From IMG/VR virus record IMGVR_UViG_3300042888_002665: DNA of 64,000 bases. One strand, written 5' to 3'. This DNA is from a virus. Shown one piece after another: positions 36,311 through 44,871 of this stretch. The position numbers and the translations under genes are program-made. The first letter of the stretch is position 1. Each line of letters starts with the position of its first letter. Under the pieces are notes generated by a model. That model was not told the origin of the DNA, ran no database searches, and saw nothing but the letters and a program-made list of their open reading frames with translations.

Positions 36311-36797
36311 TTAAGATAGTAATGATATATTCAAATCCTTTATTTACTTCGTCTGCCCATTCATCTTGTTGGACTGCTCTAATAGCACCAATAGCTTCTT
36401 GCATATCTTCAAAATCATACATTCTACCTAAACCTGGTGTTTGGTCTTTCATCATTTGCCCACCATAAGCTAATGCTAAATAATGTAAATAAACGTGAGG
36501 TAGACGTTCTTCCTTAGTTAAAGTAGATAAATAATGAGAATATGCTGTTGTAATTGGAAGAATATTCATTATATCCATTACTGATTTTAATTCAAGTATA
36601 TCTTCCTTTATTTTATCTGTACGAGTTAATGATGGGTGAGGTAATTCCTCTGATTCAATAGCATCAAATATAGATAATTGCTGATATAAGTATTTTACAT
36701 ATTCGTCTGTAGATAATTCACCACGAAACATTCGTTGGTTGAATTCCATTTTTTCTGCTTTACTGTGTAGTTCAGCTGTTGATTCTCTTAATCCCAT
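36276..36797 (-). CDS. heme oxygenase (HO-1/HemO type)
   Basis: LREST.ELHSKAE (proximal His), HVYLHYLALAYGGQMMK (distal GG), AV.GF-like end. Confidence 0.88.
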   Translation of the reverse strand: MGLRESTAELHSKAEKMEFNQRMFRGELSTDEYVKYLYQQLSIFDAIESEELPHPSLTRTDKIKEDILELKSVMDIMNILPITTAYSHYLSTLTKEERLPHVYLHYLALAYGGQMMKDQTPGLGRMYDFEDMQEAIGAIRAVQQDEWADEVNKGFEYIITILNELQNNTGSNS

Positions 36798-36799
36798 TT

Positions 36800-37177
36800 T
36801 TATAATTTTAAATTTTTAATATTTTCTCTTTCAAGTTCATGTGAGTATCTTTCTCTCATTCCAACTATTCTATGGAAATCTTTATATGCTGTTGGGTGGT
36901 AATCTTTTAAATAAGATAACCCCAATTCATATTCAAATAAAACATCTTCATATCGATGTTCTCTAGAATCAAATCCATCTTCTAACATTTTAATATCGGA
37001 TTGTAAATTACCAATTACATTCTGTAATGAATCAGCTTTACATTCTGTAGTTATTAGTTCTGGAGGTGTATCAGTTGGTTTAATTAATGTCCAAAAAATA
37101 AATTGGAACAATATTGCTCCTAAAATAAATGCTAGTAGTGCTTTCATATTATCTCCAAACTTGTGCGTATCTTCCAT
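36800..37177 (-). CDS. hypothetical membrane-anchored coiled-coil protein
   Basis: N-terminal TM helix. Confidence 0.6.
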   Translation of the reverse strand: MEDTHKFGDNMKALLAFILGAILFQFIFWTLIKPTDTPPELITTECKADSLQNVIGNLQSDIKMLEDGFDSREHRYEDVLFEYELGLSYLKDYHPTAYKDFHRIVGMRERYSHELERENIKNLKL

Positions 37178-37436
37178 GTCTATATACTGTTTTTTGTTTT
37201 TTTACTCGTTGTGGTTTTAATGATCGTGTTACTCGATTATCATCTTCAGGCGGCATCCGCCTATAATCTTCTTTAGTATCGAATGAATATCGGATATCAC
37301 TGTCAGTAAGCCAAGTTTCATATGAGTGTGTGTTATCGACAGGAAAATCGATTATAACGTAGTATCTCTCGTGTTCTACACGTAGTATACTACCAACACC
37401 TAAATCTGTAACTATGCGTTGTTCTACTTCGTACAT
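37149..37436 (-). CDS. hypothetical protein
   Basis: ORF track, packed with neighbours. Confidence 0.55.
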   Translation of the reverse strand: MYEVEQRIVTDLGVGSILRVEHERYYVIIDFPVDNTHSYETWLTDSDIRYSFDTKEDYRRMPPEDDNRVTRSLKPQRVKKQKTVYRHGRYAQVWR

Positions 37437-37439
37437 TGC

Positions 37440-37664
37440 TTATGAAAGTAATTGGTCTAAATCGATATTATATTCATTCATCATTTGAATGAATTTCTCT
37501 CTATATTCATATGCTCCTTCATTACCACCATGTTTGTATTCTGATCGTAAATACTGGTCATATTTCCACATCATCAATACTAAATCCAATGACATGACAG
37601 CTCTTAAATGAGCTTGTTTATCTTCTGGATCGTTTAAATCGTATGTTAGTGTTGCTGTTGCCAT
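37440..37664 (-). CDS. conserved small phage protein
   Basis: MATATLTYDLNDPED...LRSEYK. Confidence 0.65.
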   Translation of the reverse strand: MATATLTYDLNDPEDKQAHLRAVMSLDLVLMMWKYDQYLRSEYKHGGNEGAYEYREKFIQMMNEYNIDLDQLLS

Positions 37665-37696
37665 AACTTTTATTTTATACTTAAATATAATCAGGA

Positions 37697-37716
37697 AAGG
37701 TCGAATTAACGACCTT
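37697..37716 (-). terminator. stem-loop overlapping the stop codon of the small basic ORF
   Basis: AAGGTCG-TTAATT-CGACCTT then TCCTGATT. Confidence 0.55.
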
Positions 37717-37843
37717 GTCCACGATATCTTTTCTCGTAATTTTTTGATTGCTTTGCAAATGAGGATTTATTCTTTGCATGACGACCGATACTCTTTTTTT
37801 TAATCTCAATCTTACGGGATTCCGTTGCTTTTGCTTTTGCCAT
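37706..37843 (-). CDS. very basic 45-aa protein (not in ORF track)
   Basis: MAKAKATESRKIEIKKKSIGRHAKNKSSFAKQSKNYEKRYRGQGR; ATATTTAT upstream, hairpin downstream. Confidence 0.7.
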   Translation of the reverse strand: MAKAKATESRKIEIKKKSIGRHAKNKSSFAKQSKNYEKRYRGQGR

Positions 37844-37876
37844 TATATAACAAGTTAAGGGTTTAGTATAAATATA

Positions 37877-38650
37877 CTAAACTTCCCTCTTGTCACCGTA
37901 TGCAATGATATGATCTCGTCCTGAAAAATTATATGAATGTGCTGTACAATAATCCAATACTATTGGATACATCTTAATTAATTCTTCACGAGTATCGCCA
38001 GCAGGCATAATCCATGTTTTATGTTTTGGTATATTAAAACGTTTTCTGAATGCCTCAATTTCATGCATCAATTCATCTGTACCGTCCCATACTGGTTTGA
38101 AATGGTAATTCTTATGGTATGCTAATAATTGACGAATTGCATCATATTTTTCTCTATACTTATTATGTTGATCAATCATTTTCTGATCTACAATTTTACC
38201 TTGTGGTGTTTCAACACCAATTACTGGAATTGAATTAGAGAATTTAGGTGATAATGAAATAACATCAATACGATGATCAGTAATTAGTGGATGTGATCCT
38301 TCGGTTTCAATAGTTACAATACCTTTTTTATCATGTAATGCTTTAAATAAATTAATTATTTCATTACACATTTCCGGGTGCATTGTAGGTGATCCACCAG
38401 TTAACATCAAATGATTAATATCCCAATTGTCAGAAAAGAATTTCTTAATATCATCTAATGTATATTTACCCTTTTCTGGATGAATTGATGTATACCATGA
38501 ATCACACCACCCACCTTCACCAAAGTAACACCTATGAGTACATCCTGTAGTACGTACAATGATGTGTGGTTTACCAGCTAGTGAACCTTCAGTTTGAACG
38601 CAACGATATACTTCAATTATCGGTTGATTTTTAGTATAATCTAGTGCCAT
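37877..38650 (-). CDS. queE: 7-carboxy-7-deazaguanine synthase (radical SAM)
   Basis: EVYRCVQTEG, RTTGCTHRC...WCDSWYT, LTGGSP, IETEG, SLSPK. Confidence 0.92.
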   Translation of the reverse strand: MALDYTKNQPIIEVYRCVQTEGSLAGKPHIIVRTTGCTHRCYFGEGGWCDSWYTSIHPEKGKYTLDDIKKFFSDNWDINHLMLTGGSPTMHPEMCNEIINLFKALHDKKGIVTIETEGSHPLITDHRIDVISLSPKFSNSIPVIGVETPQGKIVDQKMIDQHNKYREKYDAIRQLLAYHKNYHFKPVWDGTDELMHEIEAFRKRFNIPKHKTWIMPAGDTREELIKMYPIVLDYCTAHSYNFSGRDHIIAYGDKREV

Positions 38651-38864
38651 CTTGTTTTTCTTTTAATTTTAAACGTTTAGCTAATTTTTTATCTACAACT
38701 GCTTCTGCATTAATATTTACCTCAACGGTTTTCTTATTTGCATCGCGTACTTTAGTTTTCCATTCGGCTTTAGGAGCAAATGTCCATCCATGTACTTTTA
38801 CTTTTAGATCAGCATCTACATCTGATACTCTACGGATTTCATCTCCTTTTTTGATACACTTCAT
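38631..38864 (-). CDS. basic hypothetical protein
   Basis: MKCIKKGDEIRRVSD...GW.F.PK.EWK. Confidence 0.65.
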   Translation of the reverse strand: MKCIKKGDEIRRVSDVDADLKVKVHGWTFAPKAEWKTKVRDANKKTVEVNINAEAVVDKKLAKRLKLKEKQDGTRLY

Positions 38865-39001
38865 ATTTTGAATTTTAATTTAATTAATTGTTGAATATAA
38901 GTAAGAAACTGTACATCACCAGCGAGTACAGATAAAATGTTAGGATGTGCATCGCCGCACGATCCTAACAAATGACTAATAATGTGTCTAATTTCTTCCA
39001 T
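38861..39001 (-). CDS. small hypothetical protein (46 aa, not in ORF track)
   Basis: MEEIRHIISHLLGSCGDAHPNILSVL...; overlaps the queC stop and the next ATG. Confidence 0.5.
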   Translation of the reverse strand: MEEIRHIISHLLGSCGDAHPNILSVLAGDVQFLTYIQQLIKLKFKI

Positions 39002-39855
39002 TATTGCTGATATTCTGCTAATACTTGTTCTACTGCTGCTTTAGCAACTTCCCAACTAACTGGACCTGTTTCATCTTCATATTGAACTGGATCTTTACGT
39101 CCTAAACGAATAAACGCTTCAATACGCTCAACTGATGCCGCTGATTTGTAATCGCTATTTCCTGATGGATAAGGTTTGTATGATGTATTAGTACGTTTAT
39201 ATACTTCATCAAAATCTAAACCTAATTTCTCACAACATGCTAATCCGTCTTCCAAAATAGTAAATTTATTACCTTCTAAATACGGAGTATAGTGATATAC
39301 TAATTCAGAATCCCAGTTACCAATTTTAAATGCTTCCATATCAGCATCACGGAATTCCTGACGACAATCAGGGTAAATAGCGTGATCACCAGCGTGAATA
39401 CCCATTGCAATTGCTACTTCTTGTTTATCGCCTTTAGTTGCAACTGATAATGCTGCTGCTTGGATTAATGAAGCGAAAATCTTATTACGATTAGGTACAA
39501 CAGTTTCTTTCATGTTGTCTTGCTCGTAATGTCCTTCTGGTACATCGTTTCCACCTGTAACTAATGCTGAATGAAGTAAATTTTGCAATCCATCTAATTT
39601 AATGATTTGATGTTTTACTTTAGGATATGCTTCTTCAAATCCACCAATTACTTGATCAGTATGAGTAACACGCATTGGAGCCGTATTAATATACTCAACT
39701 AACGATGCTGCACGTTCTAATTCAACACGGTGTTTTTGCCCATAATCAAATCCTAATGCTGTAACTTCATAGCCATTAGCTAATAAGTGAAGTAATAATG
39801 TTGAGGAATCCATTCCTCCGGATAATGATAAAACTGCTTTTTTTGTACTAGACAT
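39001..39855 (-). CDS. queC: 7-cyano-7-deazaguanine synthase
   Basis: LSGGMDS, FDYGQKH, VVPNRN, GIHAGDHAIYPDCR. Confidence 0.95.
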   Translation of the reverse strand: MSSTKKAVLSLSGGMDSSTLLLHLLANGYEVTALGFDYGQKHRVELERAASLVEYINTAPMRVTHTDQVIGGFEEAYPKVKHQIIKLDGLQNLLHSALVTGGNDVPEGHYEQDNMKETVVPNRNKIFASLIQAAALSVATKGDKQEVAIAMGIHAGDHAIYPDCRQEFRDADMEAFKIGNWDSELVYHYTPYLEGNKFTILEDGLACCEKLGLDFDEVYKRTNTSYKPYPSGNSDYKSAASVERIEAFIRLGRKDPVQYEDETGPVSWEVAKAAVEQVLAEYQQ

Positions 39856-39875
39856 AAAATTTATAATATATAGTT

Positions 39876-39917
39876 GGAACGTATTAATTTATTGATCGAT
39901 TAGTTCCGATAACCGAT
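39876..39917 (-). promoter_or_regulatory. candidate H-type pseudoknot in the queC 5' UTR
   Basis: P1 ATCGGTTA/TAATCGAT, 2-nt L1, P2 GGAAC/GTTCC, A-rich 14-nt L3; lies between a promoter motif and the queC ATG. Confidence 0.55.
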
Positions 39918-39920
39918 TAT

Positions 39921-39939
39921 ATTAAATATAATTAAGAAA
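39921..39939 (-). promoter_or_regulatory. representative copy of promoter motif class 1 (TTTCYTnATTAnRTTTA), about 13 intergenic copies
   Basis: copies near 9491, 10819, 14151, 20535, 21550, 31422, 32196, 37689, 38899, 39930, 41853, 49422, 51199; resembles the Bacteroidota TAnnTTTG -7 element. Confidence 0.6.
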
Positions 39940-40419
39940 TTAAATAGGCATGTATTCCTCTTCGTATGAAGCTGAATTACGGCCATTTTCAAATACTTCT
40001 ACTTTAGCTACTCTAACTCTGTAATGTGTTTCGTCTTGAACAAATTCATTAATCTTTTTGAACAGATACTCAGCAAAACGTTCAGCACCTACATAAGGTA
40101 AAATACGTAATTGAATAATACCATCTTCACCCATTTGCTTGAATTGCTCTAAATATGGATCATCGTCTGAGATGATTGTAGTATGATCTAATAAATAGTC
40201 AAACCATTGTTTTGGGTTCATACCATCGATATTTCCATTGGCACGTTTCATACCACCGAAATCCCATACCCAATTGCGTTCGTCTAAATCTCCTTCAAAA
40301 TCTACTTTAAAGGATATAGCGTATCCATGTAAGAACCTACAGTGGGTTCCTTCTGCTCTCCATTGACGAAATACAGTGGAGAATCCATCAAATAATTTTG
40401 ATGATTTGAATGTAATCAT
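39940..40419 (-). CDS. queD: 6-carboxytetrahydropterin synthase
   Basis: HCRFLHGY, WVWDFG, LDHT, AERFAE, V.V.VFE...NSA. Confidence 0.93.
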   Translation of the reverse strand: MITFKSSKLFDGFSTVFRQWRAEGTHCRFLHGYAISFKVDFEGDLDERNWVWDFGGMKRANGNIDGMNPKQWFDYLLDHTTIISDDDPYLEQFKQMGEDGIIQLRILPYVGAERFAEYLFKKINEFVQDETHYRVRVAKVEVFENGRNSASYEEEYMPI

Positions 40420-41210
40420 GATAAAAGTGTTCTAAAATGTTTGACGTTATATAATACATCAGAAATCTGCTGATCCGATAATTTCTGATCAAAGTATGTT
40501 TCTAACTTTTCTTTTGGTTTATCTAACAATACTTCAGATGGATATCTACCGTGTTTTAAACCGTAAATAACTGGATTAGATGTATCGATTGTTTTGATAA
40601 ATGAATATTCTTTGCCTTTGTAGCTAGAGAATTCATTAGGTAATGTAGCACCTAATAAATGATGGTGAATTGTTTTATTAAATCCATTTAATGATGGTAA
40701 CATATTAACAAATTTAATACGTCCCGTCATTAAACTTAATAATTCATTTTGATGTTTATATAATTCCTTAAAATAAACCCCAGCATGATTTAATGCAATG
40801 TGTGTATAACCTAATTCAACGAATTTACTGTATGTAAGCATTGCATCAGATACCGTTTTTGCTTGTACTACTGCCATTAAATTAGTAGTAGATGGAATTT
40901 TATCTATATAATAATCAATCCATTTTTTAGCGTTTTTAACAGTTGTTTGAGGGTTATTCCATGCATCAGGAACGATGAATATACTTGGCTTAATATCATT
41001 GATTTTCTCGAGTAAATCTTCGATTGTATGCGATACTCCTTCAAATAAACCATTGTCCATAATGATTAAATCACCACGTTCAGATGCACTTTTAAAGAAT
41101 TGATAGTACTGTTTATTTTCTAATAAATGAGGTAAACAATAATGATAGTCATTAAACTTTAACGACTCATCTAATAGATCTAATGGTACTTCGTGTGAAA
41201 TAAGGGCCAT
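40416..41210 (-). CDS. TGT-fold guanine transglycosylase-like protein (DpdA-like)
   Basis: IIMDNGLFE, IVPD, AVVQ, HHLLG, IDTS motifs; ATGA-coupled to queD. Confidence 0.65.
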   Translation of the reverse strand: MALISHEVPLDLLDESLKFNDYHYCLPHLLENKQYYQFFKSASERGDLIIMDNGLFEGVSHTIEDLLEKINDIKPSIFIVPDAWNNPQTTVKNAKKWIDYYIDKIPSTTNLMAVVQAKTVSDAMLTYSKFVELGYTHIALNHAGVYFKELYKHQNELLSLMTGRIKFVNMLPSLNGFNKTIHHHLLGATLPNEFSSYKGKEYSFIKTIDTSNPVIYGLKHGRYPSEVLLDKPKEKLETYFDQKLSDQQISDVLYNVKHFRTLLS

Positions 41211-41212
41211 AA

Positions 41213-41707
41213 CTATTTATTATAATTTTTTAAGTATTCATAGAATTCTAAAGTAGTACCATCGAATTCTCCTGCTAATTCATTAATTAAATCTATACGA
41301 GACAATTTATCGGGCCCCAAATGTCTGAAGTCTCCTGCTAACTCGCCTACTAATTCTGACCATATTTTTGGTTCTTCCTTATCGAATGCGTTCATTAATT
41401 TATGGTAACGATCGTATTGTTGTTTTTCGATTACTTCTTTACGATTTGACCAGGCTTCATGAGATGGGTACTTAGAACGTTCGGTTTTTAATCGATCGTC
41501 TAATAACCACAACTCATAAAATGCTTGATGTCTGTAATCAGATATTTCAAAATCTCCGTTTTTAATTCGTGTTTCCAGTGGAGTATATTTATGCATTGTT
41601 TGACGCATTTTAAAACGTCTCCAATAATAAAATACATTAAAATTTGCTGGTTGGAATTTCGATTCCACCATCTTCTGGATGTTCTTCGGGTAACGGGATG
41701 TTTGCAT
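41213..41707 (-). CDS. hypothetical protein
   Basis: ORF track; the annotated start overlaps the upstream ORF, so the true start may be a later Met. Confidence 0.6.
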   Translation of the reverse strand: MQTSRYPKNIQKMVESKFQPANFNVFYYWRRFKMRQTMHKYTPLETRIKNGDFEISDYRHQAFYELWLLDDRLKTERSKYPSHEAWSNRKEVIEKQQYDRYHKLMNAFDKEEPKIWSELVGELAGDFRHLGPDKLSRIDLINELAGEFDGTTLEFYEYLKNYNK

Positions 41708-41843
41708 TATCTAATGTGTTTAAAACCTTATCAGCGAGGCCATTTACAAATTCAAATCGCTGTTCTTCAGGAATTTGATTGATGTCTATAACATCAATTT
41801 CTTCCTTCAGTTTTGTTAATTCTTTTAATAAGTCGTCTAACAT
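41637..41843 (-). CDS. small acidic hypothetical protein
   Basis: ORF downstream of a promoter motif. Confidence 0.55.
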   Translation of the reverse strand: MLDDLLKELTKLKEEIDVIDINQIPEEQRFEFVNGLADKVLNTLDNANIPLPEEHPEDGGIEIPTSKF

Positions 41844-41863
41844 AATAAATTTAATTGAGAAAA

Positions 41864-43588
41864 TTATCCTTCACACGCAATACAAGACGCTGTACGATCT
41901 AAATTATCACCACGTAAAACAGATTCTGTACGTAAGTAATATAATGTTTTAATACCAGCTTTATGGGCTTCTTTATGTACTTCTGACATCCAACGTGGTG
42001 TATCGTTTGGATCAAAACATAAATTTAATGATACTGTTTGATCAACATACTGTTGACGAATACCAGCTTGGCGTACAATTTCTAATTGATTAATTTCTTT
42101 AAATGTACGGAATACTTCTTTTTCTTCGTCTGATAGAATGTGTTCTTGTACTCCATAAACTGAACCTTGATCTTTAGCGATTTGATCCCATACTGAAGTG
42201 ATATTAAATCCTTTAGATTCGAGTAATTGCTCTAGTATTGGATTCTTTTTAATAAATACGCCTTTAGCAGTTTTTAAATTATAAATATTTGCTGGTAATG
42301 GCTCAATTGATGGAGAAACACCACCTGAAATGTGTGCATTCGATACTGTAGGAGCAATTGCCATTCTATGTGAATGTCTTACGCCTGTACCTTTACACCA
42401 TTCTGGCTCGCCATATTCTACAGCCATATCTTTAGATGCTTTTAATGATTCGGCATCAATGAATGAGAATATTTCACGTGTATAAGCGTTTGCTTGAATT
42501 CCAACAAATGGAACACCTTTTGCTTGTAGGAATGTATGCCATCCTAAAGCGCCAATACCAATTGCTCTACCTTTCATTGCTGAACGTACTGTATTTTCCA
42601 TAAAACGGATATTTTTAGCACGATCAATAAATTCTTGTAACACACCTTCTAAGAACCAAGTCGCTAATTCAGGAACAGACATACCATTATCAAAACGATA
42701 ATCTTTCCATTCATCATAACGAGCTAAATTCAATGATGATAAACAACAAATGAATGAATGTAATGGATCTGTATATAATACAATTTCAGAACAGATATTA
42801 GTCATTGTAACTTCTAAGTTCAATTTCTTATATCCTTCAGGATTAGCTTTATTTACATTATCTTTAAACATAATGTATGGCTCGCCTGTTTCTAAACGTG
42901 TACGTAAAATTTCACCCCAAATCTTTAATGAATGTGGATCGCGATCTTCTACTTTCTGCATAAATACATCATCAACAACTACACAATGGTGTGTGTTTAG
43001 ACATTGACGATTAACATCACCTTTTGGACGGCGCATCATTAAAAATTCCTCAATGTCTGGATGATTAATATCCAAATTAAATGAAGCTGCTCCACGACGA
43101 ACTGATCCTTGATTTGTAGCTAGTATCGTTGAATCATAAATTTTAGCCCAAGGTATAATACCTTCACTTACACCATTACCTGTAATTCTAGCACCACGTC
43201 CACGAATACGAGATAGCGACATACCAACACCACCACCTTGAGATGATAATCTCATTAGTTCGGAATTGGCTGATGCAATTCCTTCTACAGAATCATCAAC
43301 ATCAATTCCATAACATGAGATAGGCAATCCACGTTCAGTACCCATATTTGAAAGTACTGGTGATGCTAAGCATAACCAATTCTTCACCATGGCCTCATAG
43401 AAGAATGGTTGAAGATCTTTACGACGTAACCTACGAGCAGCAGATTTAGACACACGTTTAAAACCATCGAATACGCTTTCATCTGATAATAAGTATCCCT
43501 TAGAGATCATACTTAATGCGATATCATCCATCCATTCGGGATAATCTTTTCCTACAACCCATTTGCGGGTATCAACTGTTATGCTCAT
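41864..43588 (-). CDS. nrdA: ribonucleotide reductase class Ia, alpha subunit
   Basis: LPISC, GGGVG, TNICSEI, CCLSSLNL, IAPT, C-terminal CIACEG. Confidence 0.96.
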   Translation of the reverse strand: MSITVDTRKWVVGKDYPEWMDDIALSMISKGYLLSDESVFDGFKRVSKSAARRLRRKDLQPFFYEAMVKNWLCLASPVLSNMGTERGLPISCYGIDVDDSVEGIASANSELMRLSSQGGGVGMSLSRIRGRGARITGNGVSEGIIPWAKIYDSTILATNQGSVRRGAASFNLDINHPDIEEFLMMRRPKGDVNRQCLNTHHCVVVDDVFMQKVEDRDPHSLKIWGEILRTRLETGEPYIMFKDNVNKANPEGYKKLNLEVTMTNICSEIVLYTDPLHSFICCLSSLNLARYDEWKDYRFDNGMSVPELATWFLEGVLQEFIDRAKNIRFMENTVRSAMKGRAIGIGALGWHTFLQAKGVPFVGIQANAYTREIFSFIDAESLKASKDMAVEYGEPEWCKGTGVRHSHRMAIAPTVSNAHISGGVSPSIEPLPANIYNLKTAKGVFIKKNPILEQLLESKGFNITSVWDQIAKDQGSVYGVQEHILSDEEKEVFRTFKEINQLEIVRQAGIRQQYVDQTVSLNLCFDPNDTPRWMSEVHKEAHKAGIKTLYYLRTESVLRGDNLDRTASCIACEG

Positions 43589-43604
43589 TTTTTATTATTT
43601 TATA

Positions 43605-44552
43605 TTATAAATCTGACCAATCCGCTACCGACTTCGAATAAGACGAAGGTCGTTGCGCAAAGAAATCTTGTTGTTCTACTCCTGATGTAATTTGACCAAA
43701 CCAAGCGATCTCGTCTAATAATTTTTCATTCACATCATATAATGGTTTATAACCTAATTCAATCATTTTTTCATTGGCTCTAGCGCGAATGAAATTCTTT
43801 AATTGCTCCTTAGTTAAATTTTCTAAGTCGCCCATTTCAAATACTTTATTGATAAATGCAAATTCTAATTCTACTGAAATAGCGCATGCTGTTTTAATAC
43901 GTTCCTGCAAATCGATTGTATTTAACTCAGGGCGTTCTTTTAATAATTGAGTAAATAACCAACATCCAGCTTTTGAATGTAATGATTCATCTCTAACACT
44001 CCACGCAACGATTTGTCCCATTCCTTTCATCAGATTTCTCATTTGAAATGACATTAGGATAGCAAACGATGAAAATAAATTAACACCTTCAGTAAATGCT
44101 GAGAATATAGCTAATGATTGTGCTATTTCATCCATTGTACCTGATTTTACTTGTTGTAGTCGCTCAATTTTATTACGAGCTTCTTCATCGTCCATGAATG
44201 CAGCAAAATCATCTAAACCTAATGATTCGTTTAGTAATGAATACGCTTCGGCATGAATTGATTCAAATGAACCAAATGTAACAGCCATTGATTGAATTTC
44301 TGGTTTTGGAAACCAATGCGATACATTAGATGACCAATAATCCTCAACGTGTGTTTCAGTCTGAGCAAATGATTTTAATATTTGTCCGATTAGATTTTTT
44401 TCTGATTCGGTTAATTTTAATTTAAAGTCATTAACGTCGGACGCTAATGTAACTTCTTCGGGTAACCAATGCACACGTTGCTGTTGTTTTAAAAATTCAT
44501 GTGCTTGGTCGTATTCAAACGGCTTGTAAAATAAGCGCTTATCTGTGATCAT
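43605..44552 (-). CDS. nrdB: ribonucleotide reductase class Ia, beta subunit
   Basis: HWLPEEV, ESIHAEAY, EGVNLFSSF, DESLHS, DFF. Confidence 0.96.
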   Translation of the reverse strand: MITDKRLFYKPFEYDQAHEFLKQQQRVHWLPEEVTLASDVNDFKLKLTESEKNLIGQILKSFAQTETHVEDYWSSNVSHWFPKPEIQSMAVTFGSFESIHAEAYSLLNESLGLDDFAAFMDDEEARNKIERLQQVKSGTMDEIAQSLAIFSAFTEGVNLFSSFAILMSFQMRNLMKGMGQIVAWSVRDESLHSKAGCWLFTQLLKERPELNTIDLQERIKTACAISVELEFAFINKVFEMGDLENLTKEQLKNFIRARANEKMIELGYKPLYDVNEKLLDEIAWFGQITSGVEQQDFFAQRPSSYSKSVADWSDL

Positions 44553-44553
44553 A

Positions 44554-44814
44554 TTATTTAAACGAGTTAATAGTTGAGGTTAATGCTGCTTGTGTAGTTC
44601 CGCCTACAATACGTTTTACTTCCTGTCCATTTTTTTCAATAACGATAGTAGGAACACCTCGTACTTTGTATTGTATAGCTAATGCAGAATCTGCGTCAAC
44701 ATCAACATCTTGGAATGAAACTCCATCGACTGTTGATTTAACTTGTTCAAATATTGGTGCCAGCACTTTACATGGTCCACACCATGATGCTGAAAATTTG
44801 GTAACTTTTATCAT
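44554..44814 (-). CDS. thioredoxin
   Basis: WCGPCK, GVPT. Confidence 0.95.
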   Translation of the reverse strand: MIKVTKFSASWCGPCKVLAPIFEQVKSTVDGVSFQDVDVDADSALAIQYKVRGVPTIVIEKNGQEVKRIVGGTTQAALTSTINSFK

Positions 44815-44871
44815 AAATTTTATTTTAATTTTTTAAGGTGCAGATATAAATACAATATATACTAACGATAA

